A stretch of DNA of 64,000 nucleotides from Anaeromyxobacteraceae bacterium (GTDB taxonomy: Bacteria > Myxococcota > Myxococcia > Myxococcales > Anaeromyxobacteraceae). Of this stretch, positions 19,472-29,958 are shown in pieces; positions within the stretch are counted from its first letter, which is position 1; each line of letters starts with the position of its first letter. Where the stretch lies: positions 2,016,001-2,080,000 of the forward strand of contig JASGHJ010000002.1 in the NCBI GenBank assembly GCA_047602405.1. The letters run 5' to 3'. The translations under genes and the position numbers were made by a program. The notes under the pieces were generated by a model. It saw nothing but the letters and a program-made list of their open reading frames with translations, searched no databases and was not told the DNA's origin.

Positions 19472-20236
19472 CTACACGCCGTCGCGCAGCCGGCGCAGCG
19501 CCACCACGAGGGAAACCGCGTCTTCCGAGGCCTCCGGCGCACGTACCCTGACCGCGTCCCTCACGGTGGGGACAAGGACCCGCAGGAACGGGTTCACCGC
19601 GCGTTCCTCGTCGAGCGTCGAGGGCGGCGGCTCCTCTCCGGCCGCGCGCGCCGCGCGCACGGCGGCGAGGCGCGCCGCGGCGCGGGCGTTGTCCGACTCG
19701 AGCCCGAGCCCGAAGGGCAGGTTGAGCTCGGCGTAGTCGTGGCCCGGGTGGACCTCCAGGGCGCCGTCCAGCGCGGCCAGGGGGCCGGTGAGGCTCCGGG
19801 CGAGGCGCTCCGGGTCGCCGCCGTGCCTGCAGTTCCCGGCGCCGCCCCAGAAGAGCGTGTCGCCGGTGAGCGCCCGGCCGCGCCACACGTAGACGACGGA
19901 GCCCGGCGTGTGCCCGGGCACCGGGACGACGCCGACCCGCAGCGCCCCGAGCGCGAGCTCGGCGCGCCCGGCCACGTCCTCGTCGGGCGCGAACCACGCG
20001 GCATCGCCGCCGTGGCCGAGCACGGTCGCGCCGAGCGCCTCGCGCACGCGCGCGGTGCCGCCGGTGTGATCGTGGTGCCCGTGCGTGTGGAGGATGAACC
20101 GCGGGCGGACCCCGTGCGCCGCCGCGAGCCCGAGCGCGATCCCGGGGTCGCCCGGGTCGACGAGCGCGGCGTCCGCGCCGTCGGCGAGCAGGTACGTGTA
20201 GTTGTCCTTGCGGTAGCGGCGACGGTCGAAGATCAC
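19472..20236 (-). CDS. gloB: Hydroxyacylglutathione hydrolase (glyoxalase II)
   Basis: DNYTYLL, VDPG, THGHHDHTGG, PGHTPG, TGDTLF, PGHDY, STLDEERAVNPFLR. Confidence 0.9.
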   Translation of the reverse strand: MIFDRRRYRKDNYTYLLADGADAALVDPGDPGIALGLAAAHGVRPRFILHTHGHHDHTGGTARVREALGATVLGHGGDAAWFAPDEDVAGRAELALGALRVGVVPVPGHTPGSVVYVWRGRALTGDTLFWGGAGNCRHGGDPERLARSLTGPLAALDGALEVHPGHDYAELNLPFGLGLESDNARAAARLAAVRAARAAGEEPPPSTLDEERAVNPFLRVLVPTVRDAVRVRAPEASEDAVSLVVALRRLRDGV

Positions 20237-20634
20237 GGCGCGGGGTCGGCGGGCTCGGGGTGGTGCGAGAGCCCGACGCGGTTGCCCTCCGGGTCGCGCA
20301 CGTAGAGCGTGTAGCGCGAGCGGTGCACGATCGCCACGCCGGCCGCGCCGAGGCGCGCCTCCCAGCGCTCCCGGTCGGCCCGCGCGATGCGGAGCGCCAC
20401 GAGGTGCAGCCCCGGCCGCGGATCCTGGAACGGCGCGTCGACCGGCGGCGCCCCCGCCCGCTCGAGCGCGAGGAAGCTCCCCTGCCCGTCGAGCGCGAGC
20501 CAGACGCTCCGCTCGCCGCCCATCGCGTCCGGCCAGCGCTTCACGACCGCGAGCCCGAGCACGTCCCTGTAGAACGCCTCGCAGCGGACGAGGTCGGCGC
20601 ACTGGATCGCGAGGTGGTGGAACCCCGCGATCAT
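20233..20634 (-). CDS. VOC/glyoxalase family protein
   Basis: FHHLAIQCADL...FYRDVLGL; YVRDPEGNRVGL. Confidence 0.88.
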   Translation of the reverse strand: MIAGFHHLAIQCADLVRCEAFYRDVLGLAVVKRWPDAMGGERSVWLALDGQGSFLALERAGAPPVDAPFQDPRPGLHLVALRIARADRERWEARLGAAGVAIVHRSRYTLYVRDPEGNRVGLSHHPEPADPAP

Positions 20635-22955
20635 CGCGCGGCCCGCCCCGCCGCCGCGGGCGACGGCCGGCGCCGCCGGACCGTGAGCACCGCGAGCGCG
20701 GCCAGGGCGAGCACGCCGTCTCCGCCGGGGCCGCCCGCGGCGCAGCCGCACCCGGGCAGGCGGCTCGCGCCCCTCAGCGACGCCACCGGCTTCGTGAGCG
20801 GGTAGCCGCCGCGCGAGCGGGCCTCCGCGGAGGCGGACCCCGCCACGCCGAGGCCGCGGACCGTGACCTGCACGTCCACCGCGCCGTCGGAGCCGGGCAG
20901 CGACGCGAGCGTGACCTCGACGCCGCCCGCCACGCGGGCCTCGCTCGCCTTCTCGGCGCCGATCACCTTCACGGCGCCGGCGGGCTCGAGCCCGGCGAGC
21001 GCCAGGTGCAGCGTGACCTGTCCGAGCGGCGCCGCGATCCGGCTCCGCACGCGCGTGGTGACGACGGCGAGCGCGCCCTCCGCGAGCGCCGAGACGTCGC
21101 TGTGCGAGTCCACCGTCACGAGGCCGCGCGCGTCGAACCCGAGCGAGCGCGTGGCGGTGGTGCTCTGCCAGCCGCCGGCGTCGCTCGCGGTGAGCGTGAG
21201 CGTCGGCGGATCGGCGACGTCGAGGAGCGCCGCGTAGGCCGACTCCGGCAGCTCGAGCGTGAGGACGACCGAGGTGCCGGAGGGCGCCGCGTGCCAGACC
21301 GCGGTCGCGGGGAGCCGGGCGCCGCCGGGCGTGAAGGCCGGCGTGCCGCCGCACGCCTCCCAGATCGAGCCCCGGAGCGGCACCGCCGCGCCCCCCGGCC
21401 CGAGGGTCACGGTCGCGGGCGCGTTCGGCGCGAGGGTGAAGCTGGGCGCCCCGGCGGTCACGGTGACGGTGCCCGCGAGATCGCGCCACTGCCCGCCGGT
21501 GTCGGTGCCCCGGACCGCGACCGCGACGGGGGCGGCGCCGCAGAGCGACGCGCCCGGGAGCGTGAGCGTCGCGTCCTGCGCCTGCGCGGCGGCCCCGTTC
21601 ACCGTCCAGGCGAGCGAGACCGGCCCCTGCCCGTCGGTCGCCGCGACCGCGACCTCGTGATCCGCGCCCCGGCTCGCCACGCCCGGGCTGCCGGCGGCCC
21701 ACGCGAGCGACGGCGGCGTGTCGGCCGCGTCCACGAACACGAGCAGCGTCCCCGCGCCGGTCGCCCAGTCGAAGCCGAGCGCGACGAGGTCGGGCAGCGG
21801 CGAGCCCGCGACGTCGACGGCCGCGAGGTCCCGGATGGCGAGGCCGCGGGCCGGGGCCTTCCAGACGCCGAGCGCGCCGTTCGCCTGCGGCCAGAACACG
21901 ACGATCCGGTCCCCGCGGCGGTCCCACACGGCGGCGCCTTTCACGGTGCCGAGGTCGACCGGGCGGAGCACCGCGGGATCCGCGAGCCCGAGCTCGGCGC
22001 GGGTGCCGAGGTTCTGCCAGGCGGCCGTGGCGAAGGCGGCGGGGTCCGCGGCGCCCTTCACCCACAGGAGCGCCCCGTCGGTCCAGAGGGCGGGCGTCGT
22101 CCAGAGGCCGAGCGTCAGGACGAGGTCCGCGAGGCCGTCCTGGTCGACGTCCATCGCCGCGACGCCGAGCACGTCGCCCTGCCGCACGCCGGCCGGGAGC
22201 CAGGTCGCGCTCGCCTGCGGGACGGCGTCGCCGACGCGCAGCGTCTGGAGGTCGAGGCTCCCCACGTCGCTCGCGCCCGGCCGCTGGAGGGCGAGCGCGA
22301 CGGCGCCGGTGCCCGGCACCGCGAGATCGTCGACCCCCGTCGCCACCGCGGTCGCCCCCAGCCGCAGCGGGAAGACCTCGGTGTGGAAGGCCAGCCGGCC
22401 GGTGAGGGCCGGCAGGGGGAAGACCTTGCCGGCGGGCGGCCCGGTGAGATCCCAGATGCGCAGGTTCCCGGGCGTGCCGGCGCCGACGCCCGTCGGCACG
22501 ACGGCGAGCGCCTCCGGCCGCGCGAGGAGCTGGGCGAGCGCCACCGTCTCCTGCCCGCCGCCCGCGAGCGCGTAGATGTCGAGCACGAGCGGCGACGCCG
22601 CCGCCGAGACCGCGAGCCCGGTGGGGCGCACGAACACGAGGTCCGCCTTGCCCGCCGGCGTGGCGCGGAAGAGCCGCCCCGCGGCCACGTCCACGCCCTG
22701 CCCGTCGAGCGCGCGCAACGGTGAGCTCTCGGGCGAGAGCACCGCGCGCGAGGGGACGAGGACCGACCCCGCGCCGCCCGGCGCGAAGAGGAGCACGTCC
22801 GCGCCCACGCGCACGCCCAGGGACCCGCCGGCGAGCTCCGCGGTGGTCGCGTCCGGGACCGGCACGACGAGCGGCTCGGTGCCGAGCTGCGCCCGCGCCG
22901 CGGCCGGTAGGAGGGCCGCCGCGAGGAGGACCGCGCTGGCACGCGAGACCTTCAT
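20631..22955 (-). CDS. Secreted FG-GAP/Ig-like protein with a MYXO-CTERM-like tail (774 aa)
   Basis: Signal peptide MKVSRASAVLLAAALLPAAARA; DVDQDGLADLVL and DVAGSPLPDLV repeats; C-terminal GCGC, TM, RRRR. Confidence 0.75.
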   Translation of the reverse strand: MKVSRASAVLLAAALLPAAARAQLGTEPLVVPVPDATTAELAGGSLGVRVGADVLLFAPGGAGSVLVPSRAVLSPESSPLRALDGQGVDVAAGRLFRATPAGKADLVFVRPTGLAVSAAASPLVLDIYALAGGGQETVALAQLLARPEALAVVPTGVGAGTPGNLRIWDLTGPPAGKVFPLPALTGRLAFHTEVFPLRLGATAVATGVDDLAVPGTGAVALALQRPGASDVGSLDLQTLRVGDAVPQASATWLPAGVRQGDVLGVAAMDVDQDGLADLVLTLGLWTTPALWTDGALLWVKGAADPAAFATAAWQNLGTRAELGLADPAVLRPVDLGTVKGAAVWDRRGDRIVVFWPQANGALGVWKAPARGLAIRDLAAVDVAGSPLPDLVALGFDWATGAGTLLVFVDAADTPPSLAWAAGSPGVASRGADHEVAVAATDGQGPVSLAWTVNGAAAQAQDATLTLPGASLCGAAPVAVAVRGTDTGGQWRDLAGTVTVTAGAPSFTLAPNAPATVTLGPGGAAVPLRGSIWEACGGTPAFTPGGARLPATAVWHAAPSGTSVVLTLELPESAYAALLDVADPPTLTLTASDAGGWQSTTATRSLGFDARGLVTVDSHSDVSALAEGALAVVTTRVRSRIAAPLGQVTLHLALAGLEPAGAVKVIGAEKASEARVAGGVEVTLASLPGSDGAVDVQVTVRGLGVAGSASAEARSRGGYPLTKPVASLRGASRLPGCGCAAGGPGGDGVLALAALAVLTVRRRRPSPAAAGRAAR

Positions 22956-25900
22956 CAGTACGCCACCTGCGCCCGCAGGAAGAGCCGCCCCACCTGCTCG
23001 TCCGGCGACAGCCCGTCGCTGTCGAAGCCCACGACATGGTACCCGACCGCGAGGCGGCCCGAGGCTCCCCCGGCCTCGGGAGTCCCGAGCCGTACGCCGA
23101 CCTCGCCGCGCAGCGCGCTCCGCGCGCCGAGGTCGCCGCCGGAGAGCGGCCCGCGCCGCGCCGCCTCGACGCCGAGGTCGACCGGGCCCACCACGCGGAC
23201 CGCGGCCCGCACCGAGCCCGACAGCCGGTCGTCCCTCGCGCCGGCCACGCGCTGGACGGCGACGCCGGCCCCCGCGCCCAGCTGCAGCCGGCCCAGCTCC
23301 GCCGTCGCGGCGAGCCGGCCGAGGACGCCCTCGCGCGCGAGCCCGCCGGGCCGCTGCTCCTCGAGCCGGGTCACCGTGCCGACGAGCGCGCCGTGGCCGA
23401 GGCGCAGCGCGGCCCCGCCGGAGAGGTCGAGGAGCCGCGCGCGAACACCCGCCATGGTGCCGCCGGTGTAGCCCGCCCGGGCGGAGAGCACGAGCGGGAC
23501 GACGGGGCGCCACTCCAGGGAGCCCCCCGCGGCCACGACGCCGTCGCCGCCCTCCCGCCGGAGCTCCCCGCGCAGCCCGACGCGCACGGGCCCGGCCACC
23601 GCGCCCGCGGCGGCCGCGTACGCCGCCCGGTCCACGAGCTCGCCGGCCGGCGTGAGCCGCTGGCCCCGCTCGCTCGACATCGAGACGCGCAGCGACGGCG
23701 CGGGGACGAGGGCGAGCCCCACCACCCTCCCCGTCCGCAGGCCGAACGCGTCGCGCCCGGCGCGCTCCTCGGTGAAGACCTCGGTCCCGCCGGCGCGCCG
23801 CCGCGCGCCGAGCGCCGCGACCTCGCCCGCGCCGCCGGTCGAGAGGGACGGGGCGTCCGGATCCGCGGTGAAGGTGCCGTACACGGCCTCGCCGCCCCGG
23901 GCCCGCTCCCCGGAGGCCTGGAGGCGCGCGCCGAGCTCCGGACCCCAGCCGGCCCGGAGCTGGAAGCGCGCGGCGGGCAGGTCGAGCGCCACGCCCGCCG
24001 CCGTGAACGTGGGATCCACGCCCTCCCCGGTCGTGCGCAGGCCCTGGTGGTGGGAGAGGTCGAGCGCCACGCGCGGATCGAGCCGGTACCGCACCCGCGC
24101 GCCCGCGCCCGTCTCCTCGCCGGCGTGGGCACCCCGCCGCTCGGCGTCCACGACCTCGGCCACGAGCTCGAGGCGCTCGCCCCCGTAGCGGCCCCGGCCG
24201 ACGATCCGCCGGGCGTCCTCCGCGTTCGCCGGCTCGAAGCCCGGCGCGAGCGGCGCACCCCGGCGCTCGGCCCAGACCACGCTCCCGCTCACCGGCCCCG
24301 TCCCCGCCTCGAGCGAGGCGCCGCGCTCGCGCGCAGCGCCGGCCTCCTCGAAGCCGCCGTCGGCGTAGCCCGCGTCGCGCTCCCGCCACCAGCCGCCGAG
24401 CCGCACCGGGCCCGCGTCGAGCTTGCCCTCGAGGTGGACCGCGTCGGCCGAGGTGCCGGCGCGCGCCGGGGTGGCGGAGGAGGTGCGGTAGCCGCCGTCC
24501 CAGGAGCGGTTGAACGGCGCGTCGCCGGGCAGGCCCCGGGAGCGGGCGACCTCGCCCCGCAGGCCGAGGAAGCCGAGGTCGAGCGTCGCCGCCGCGCCCG
24601 CGAGCTGGTAGTCCGCCGCGCCGGGCCGCTCCTCGCGCGCCCCGCGGGCCTCGAGGGCCACCGGGCCGGCGCGCAGGCCCGCGCGGCCGCCGGCGAGGTC
24701 CTCGGCGCCGGCGCCGCGCGCCGCGTGGAGGTACTCGACGACGAGCGTGGCCTCGGCGGCGAGCCCCGGGGCGCCGGTCTCGACCGCGGCCGGCGCCGCC
24801 ACCGACGGCAGCGGCCGCGCGAGCGCGAGCCGCCCGGAGACCTCGTCGAGCTCGTAGTCGTCGCCGCGGACGAGCGCGCGCCGCGCGGTGAGGAGCCCGG
24901 TGAACGGATCGCGCCACTCCACCCGCACCGAGGCGCTCCCGGGCACGAGCTCCCCGGACGAGAGCCAGTAGAAGGCGCCGCCGTGCGCCGCGAAGGCGTC
25001 GCGGGCCTGGGCCGGCGGCGCGTTCCCGCGCGCGTCGGTGCGCGACGAGGCCCCGAAGGCCGAGGCCGCGAGGCGCAGCGGGCCGAGGTCCCGGCCCACG
25101 TCGGCGCGCGCGCCGAAGAGCGCGCGATCGTACCGGCCGAGCTCGGAGGGCCCCATCGCGCCGCCCGGGCCCCCGGCGCCGCCGCCGAGCCCGGCGCGCG
25201 TGCCGCCGAGGTCGAGCGCGAGGTCGGGGCCGCGCAGCCGCGCCCAGGCGCGGCCGCGTGCGGCGTTCCGGTCGTCGGCCGCGGCGTCGTCCCCCGCCGA
25301 GAGGAAGGAGCGCTCCGGCACGAGGGCGTGCCCGAGCGTGAGGCCATCGCGCGGCTTCAGGAGGTCCGCCGCCTTGCGGTCGCGGTCGTCGACGTCGACG
25401 CCCGCCTCGACGGAGACCGGGCCGAGCGCGCCGCGCACGGCGCCGGTGCCGCGGCCGGAGACGAGCACGTTCGGGTCGCCGCCGAGCGCCACCTCCACGT
25501 CCACGAGGCCGGCGCCGGCGAGCCGGGCCGTCCCGCCCCGCGCGTCCACCGTGACCGCCGGCGTGCCCGCGCCGCCCGGGAGCGCGATCTCGACCGGGCC
25601 GGCCGCGCCGGGCACCCACGCCGCGAACGCGCCCGCGTCGCCCGCGACCGCCTCGACCGGACCGACGCGCACCCGCGCGCCGGGCGCCGCCGCGCCGTGC
25701 ACGAGCGCGCCGCCCGCGCCGGGGAGGACGCCGAACGCGGCGAGGAGCGCCGGGCGGCCGGGGATGACGAGGTCTCCGAGGCCCTCCCGCGGCACGAGGT
25801 GCATGGGCCAGCGGAAGACGCCCGCGCGGCCCTCCGGCGTCGAGAGCGTGAGGCGGACGTCGTTGTCGCCCGGGACGAGGACCACCTCGAGCGCGAAGGC

Positions 25901-26446
25901 GCCGTCGTCGCCCGCCGTGGCCTCCGCCGCGCCCGCGGCGAGGCGCGACCCCGGCGCGGTCCGCCCGGTGAGGGTCCAGTGCAAACCCGCGCCGTCGCGC
26001 CACGGGGCCTCGGCGGGGATGGGCGAGGGCTCGAGCGGAGGCGCCCCACCCGCGAGCGCCCGCACCGGGAGGTCGACCCCTGCCGCGCCGCCGGGCGCGA
26101 GGTCCACGAGCGCGCGCGCCGGGAGTCCCTCCACCGCGAGGCGCTGGCCGCCGTACGCGAGGCGGTCGCCCGCGAGCAGCCGCCCCGGGACCTCGAGGAG
26201 GTGGTACCGCCCGCGGGCGTCGGCGAGGGCCACCTGGCCCGCGGCCGTGAAGACGCGCGCCCCGGCGACGCCCGGCTCGCCCGGCCCGCAGCGGCCGTCG
26301 CCGTCGAGGTCCACGCAGACGCGGCCGAGGATCGTCCCGCCCGGATCGGCGGGTCCGCCGCCGATGACGACCGGATCGTCCGCACCGGCCGCGGCCGGCG
26401 CGAGGGCGGCGGCGAGCGCCACCGCCCGGAGCCCGCGGGCGCTCAC
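22955..26446 (-). CDS. Large predicted outer-membrane beta-barrel protein with N-terminal SdrD-B/Ig-like domains (1163 aa)
   Basis: GTG start overlapping the upstream stop; signal peptide; GRVCVDLDGDGRCGPGEPGVAGARV; alternating amphipathic strands; ends FLRAQVAY (beta-signal-like). Confidence 0.7.
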   Translation of the reverse strand: MSARGLRAVALAAALAPAAAGADDPVVIGGGPADPGGTILGRVCVDLDGDGRCGPGEPGVAGARVFTAAGQVALADARGRYHLLEVPGRLLAGDRLAYGGQRLAVEGLPARALVDLAPGGAAGVDLPVRALAGGAPPLEPSPIPAEAPWRDGAGLHWTLTGRTAPGSRLAAGAAEATAGDDGAFALEVVLVPGDNDVRLTLSTPEGRAGVFRWPMHLVPREGLGDLVIPGRPALLAAFGVLPGAGGALVHGAAAPGARVRVGPVEAVAGDAGAFAAWVPGAAGPVEIALPGGAGTPAVTVDARGGTARLAGAGLVDVEVALGGDPNVLVSGRGTGAVRGALGPVSVEAGVDVDDRDRKAADLLKPRDGLTLGHALVPERSFLSAGDDAAADDRNAARGRAWARLRGPDLALDLGGTRAGLGGGAGGPGGAMGPSELGRYDRALFGARADVGRDLGPLRLAASAFGASSRTDARGNAPPAQARDAFAAHGGAFYWLSSGELVPGSASVRVEWRDPFTGLLTARRALVRGDDYELDEVSGRLALARPLPSVAAPAAVETGAPGLAAEATLVVEYLHAARGAGAEDLAGGRAGLRAGPVALEARGAREERPGAADYQLAGAAATLDLGFLGLRGEVARSRGLPGDAPFNRSWDGGYRTSSATPARAGTSADAVHLEGKLDAGPVRLGGWWRERDAGYADGGFEEAGAARERGASLEAGTGPVSGSVVWAERRGAPLAPGFEPANAEDARRIVGRGRYGGERLELVAEVVDAERRGAHAGEETGAGARVRYRLDPRVALDLSHHQGLRTTGEGVDPTFTAAGVALDLPAARFQLRAGWGPELGARLQASGERARGGEAVYGTFTADPDAPSLSTGGAGEVAALGARRRAGGTEVFTEERAGRDAFGLRTGRVVGLALVPAPSLRVSMSSERGQRLTPAGELVDRAAYAAAAGAVAGPVRVGLRGELRREGGDGVVAAGGSLEWRPVVPLVLSARAGYTGGTMAGVRARLLDLSGGAALRLGHGALVGTVTRLEEQRPGGLAREGVLGRLAATAELGRLQLGAGAGVAVQRVAGARDDRLSGSVRAAVRVVGPVDLGVEAARRGPLSGGDLGARSALRGEVGVRLGTPEAGGASGRLAVGYHVVGFDSDGLSPDEQVGRLFLRAQVAY

Positions 26447-28228
26447 CTCACCTCCACGACGGCGGCCACCCCGGTCTCGGCGTCCACGACGGCGACGGTG
26501 CCCGTGCCGGGCCCCAGCGTGACGCGCCCGCCGGAGCCGTCGGCCTCGATCGGCCCGACCTCGACGCCCCGCGCCTTCACGACGACGCGCCGGCCGGGGA
26601 GCGTCTCCCTCTGCCCGTCCCCGACCCGCCAGCTGAGGACGCGTCCGCGCAGGATCGCGTGGACGACGACGGGCGACGGCGGCCGCAGCCGGACGGGGAA
26701 CTCGAAGTCGAGCGTGACGGGCTGTGCGGGCGGCTCGAACCCCTCCCACCCGGCGGCCCGGGCGCCCGGCGCGGTCACCGTCTCGGTGGGTCCGGCGGCG
26801 GGCACCGACGCCTCGCCGCGCGCGTCGGTCGTCTCGACCCGACCGCCGCCGAAGCGAACGGCGACCCCGGCCACCGGCCGTCCGTCGTGCGCGCGCGCCT
26901 CGGCGACCCAGCTCGCGCCGCGCCGGCGGAGGGCCAGCGAGGCGAGGTCGCCCGGCGGGGCAGGCGGGAGCTCGAAGTGGAGCCTGACGCGCTGGACCCA
27001 GTCGCCCGGCTCGCGACGGAGCACGAGCCGGTCCGGTGTGACGAAGCCGTCGGTGGAACCCGGCGGGCCCGCCGCGCGGCCCAGGGTGTCGCCCCGGCCG
27101 TCGAGCGCGAACGCCTCCGCCGGGCGGCTCTCCCCCGGGATGAAGCCTCCGTCCTCGCGCACGTCGACCGCGAGCTTCTCGGGCCCGCCCTTCCCGAGCG
27201 CGATCGCCTGCTCGTCGCGCGAGGCCGGGCCACCGGCCGGGTAGCTCACGAGGAGCCGCGCCTCGCCGGCGCCTGCGCCGCGCGGCACCCGGTAGCGCGC
27301 GCGCAGGAGCCCGGGGTGCACCTCGGCGAGCGGGCCGAGCTCGCCGGCCGTCGCCTTGAGCTGGAGCTCCGGGCCGCGCGCCGGCTCGCCCGCGGCCTCG
27401 GCGGCGGCGCACCAGAGGAAGGCCTCCGCCCGCCCGTCGGCCGGCAGCGCGCGCGGCCAGGCCGCGCAGGCGAGGCGGTCGACCTGCGGCAGCCCGAGGT
27501 CGAGCTCGGTGCGCTTCGTGTTGCCGAGCGCGTCCACGGAGTGCGCGGTGGCGCGCGACCCGGGCGGCACCACGATGGGCACGCGGAACCTTCCGTCGTC
27601 CCCGGCGATGACCGGGCCGAAGGTCCGGCCGCCGAGGGTGATCGTGGTGCGGGTGCCCGGCTCCGACTCGCCCGGCAGGTCGATGGCCGCGGCGAGCGGG
27701 AGGAGGAGGTCGCCCACGGCCCGCGGGGTCGCGCACTGCGCGCACCGGGGCGAGAGCGCGAAGAGCACCGCGACCTCCGGGTACCGCGCCCGGGCGGGCT
27801 CGTAGCGCGCGCGGAACCGCCCCGGCCCGTCGGCCACGAGGTCGACCACCCGGCCGGAGGAGGCGACGATTCTCCGGAGGCGCGGCGGTGGGGTCGAGCG
27901 CGCCCGCCGCGTCGCGGACCGTCAGCCGGAGCGCTACGGAGGCGTCCCGGCCCTTCACCGGCGCGGGCGGCGTGGCCTCGAGCTCGATGGTGCCGGGGGG
28001 AGGCTCGACGGCGGCCTCCACCTGGGCATCACCCGCGGTGAGCACGACCCGCGCGGCGCCGGGCGCGGGCCGCACGCGGCAGAGGCCCGGGGCGACCGCC
28101 TCGACCTCGGCGCCCTGCGCCGTCAGCGCCTCCGCGCCGCGAAAGGCGACGAGCTCCCCGTCCGGCGACAGCGGCCAGGGAGGGAGGAGCACCGCCGCGG
28201 ACAGCGCGAGCGCGAGGAGTTGCTCCAT
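26443..28228 (-). CDS. Secreted hypothetical protein with repeated Ig-like domains; +1 frameshift near 27870
   Basis: N-terminus MEQLLALALSAAVLL in one frame joins IVASSGRVVDLVADGPGRFRARYE in the next; internal repeat GRFRARYEP / GLLRARYRVP. Confidence 0.65.
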
Positions 28229-28243
28229 GCGGGTGGGGACAGC

Positions 28244-29818
28244 CTACCAGATCGCGGTGCGCCGCCGCGTGAACCACACGGCGAGTGCCAGCATCGCCAG
28301 CGGTCCGGCCGGTCCCGCGCCGCAGCCGCCCGCGCCGCGCGATACCGGATCCGCCTCGATAGCGGGAGACGCCCCTGGGGGCGGCTGGCCGGTGCCGGCC
28401 ACCGGGACCGTGCCCGTGCCCGGCGCGCCGCCGCCGGCGCCCGTGGTCGAGCCGCCCGGGTCACCGGGCAGGGCCGGGGCGAGCGGCGTGCCCGCCGGAT
28501 CCTCGACCACGCGGATCCGGAGCTCCGACCCGATGGCGCCGGTCAGGCCGCCGGAGACGAGCGCGGTGCCGGCGAGGGCCACCCGCCTGCGCTCGAGGTG
28601 CGCGGCGGGGTGCACGAAGTCGGCGGGGGCGGCGACGACGACGCCGTCGACCGCCACGGTCGCGTCCGCGAAGCCCTGCTCGTCGATGCAGAGGAGGATC
28701 CCGAGGTCCTTGCCGTCGACGGTCGAGAAGGAGACCTCGCCGGCCTGCGCCTCGGGGCGGTCGCGCGCCACGACGAGGCTCGCGAGCTCCACCGCGTCCG
28801 GGTCGTCGCAGCGCGCCGGCGGGATCTTCGGCGGCCAGTCCCCGCCCCCGCCGTCGTCCACGACCGGCAGCGGCAGCGTGTAGACCACCACGTCGAGGTC
28901 GGTCCCGTTCGACTCGGAGAGCGCGAGGGTGAGCGCGTCGCCCGAGTCGAGGACGTCGCCGACCACCTGCGCGCCCGTGGCGTGGCGCGGCACGAAGGCG
29001 AGGCCGGTGCTCCAGTTCCAGAGCACGGCCACCGGCCGGCCCGCGGAGAGGTCCTCGAAGGCGACCCAGGAGCCCGAGAGCCGGGGCGCGCGCTGGTCGC
29101 CGGCCTCCCGGAGCGCGGCCACCGTGACGCCGGTCGCGTCGAGCACCTCGACGTCGAGCCCGGTCGCCGCCGAGCGCCGGACCACCGCCGCGTGCAGGTC
29201 CGCCCCGGCCCCGTCGACGGAGACCGAGGCGATGGGCCCGTCGGTGAGCAGGTGGTGCTCGCGCCGGACGAGGTCGAAGAGGCGGACGCCGCCGCCCGCG
29301 CCCTCGTCGACGAGCGCGAGGGTGGAGCCGGAGATGGCGGGGGCGCGCTGGTCGCCGGCGAGCGCGAGCGTGCCCGAGACCCCGGTGACCGGCTGGTACC
29401 AGGCGATGTCCCGGTCGCCGGCGGGCCCGGACTCCCAAGCCGCCGCGGCGGCGGAGACGACGGGGGCCGCCGCGCCCGGCTCGGACGGCTGGCGCAGGAG
29501 CGCCCCGGTGAGGGTGAACTGGAGGGCGATGCCGGCCGGCGTCCGGTAGGCGAGCACGTTGCGGGCGAGGTCCGGCTCGGAGGCGCCGGTCGCCGCGACG
29601 CGGGTCGCGCCGGTGGCGAGGTCACCGAGGAGGACGCGGGCGCCGGCGGCGTCACTGCTCGTGAAGGCGAACTGGCCCGCGTCCAGGACCGCGCCGGCCT
29701 GGTCGCCCGGGCCGCCCGCGACCACGCGCGACGCGCCGCCCACGGGCACCGCTCCGGCGACCACGGGCAGGGCCAGCGAGAGCGCGCCCAGCACGCAGGT
29801 CGTCCATCGGTTCGGCAC
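28244..29818 (-). CDS. Secreted beta-propeller protein with a MYXO-CTERM-like tail (about 524 aa)
   Basis: Signal peptide; propeller-like repeats DQRAPAISGSTLALVDE / DQRAPRLSGSWVAFED; Gly/Pro/Thr linker; GGCGAG, TM, RRR. Confidence 0.7.
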   Translation of the reverse strand: MPNRWTTCVLGALSLALPVVAGAVPVGGASRVVAGGPGDQAGAVLDAGQFAFTSSDAAGARVLLGDLATGATRVAATGASEPDLARNVLAYRTPAGIALQFTLTGALLRQPSEPGAAAPVVSAAAAAWESGPAGDRDIAWYQPVTGVSGTLALAGDQRAPAISGSTLALVDEGAGGGVRLFDLVRREHHLLTDGPIASVSVDGAGADLHAAVVRRSAATGLDVEVLDATGVTVAALREAGDQRAPRLSGSWVAFEDLSAGRPVAVLWNWSTGLAFVPRHATGAQVVGDVLDSGDALTLALSESNGTDLDVVVYTLPLPVVDDGGGGDWPPKIPPARCDDPDAVELASLVVARDRPEAQAGEVSFSTVDGKDLGILLCIDEQGFADATVAVDGVVVAAPADFVHPAAHLERRRVALAGTALVSGGLTGAIGSELRIRVVEDPAGTPLAPALPGDPGGSTTGAGGGAPGTGTVPVAGTGQPPPGASPAIEADPVSRGAGGCGAGPAGPLAMLALAVWFTRRRTAIW

Positions 29819-29958
29819 GCGCCCAGAGTTCCCCGGGTTGATCCCCCTGGTGGGAGTCTGTGCGTACGCCGGATCGCGGTCAAGAACAGCCGCCCCTCTA
29901 CGAGGGGTGGGGCGCCCCGCAGCAGGAAAAGCGGGAAACCGGTGCGACAAGGTGCGCC

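Noticed and set aside
22721..27244. Very long plus-strand ORF (1507 aa) and many similar Arg/Pro/Ala-rich ORFs in the track
   Set aside because: Shadow frames of real genes in very GC-rich DNA; no motifs, and the composition is typical of off-frame translation
27725..27750. Heme-binding site in the Ig-repeat protein (CAQCA)
   Set aside because: No His after CxxC; more likely a disulfide
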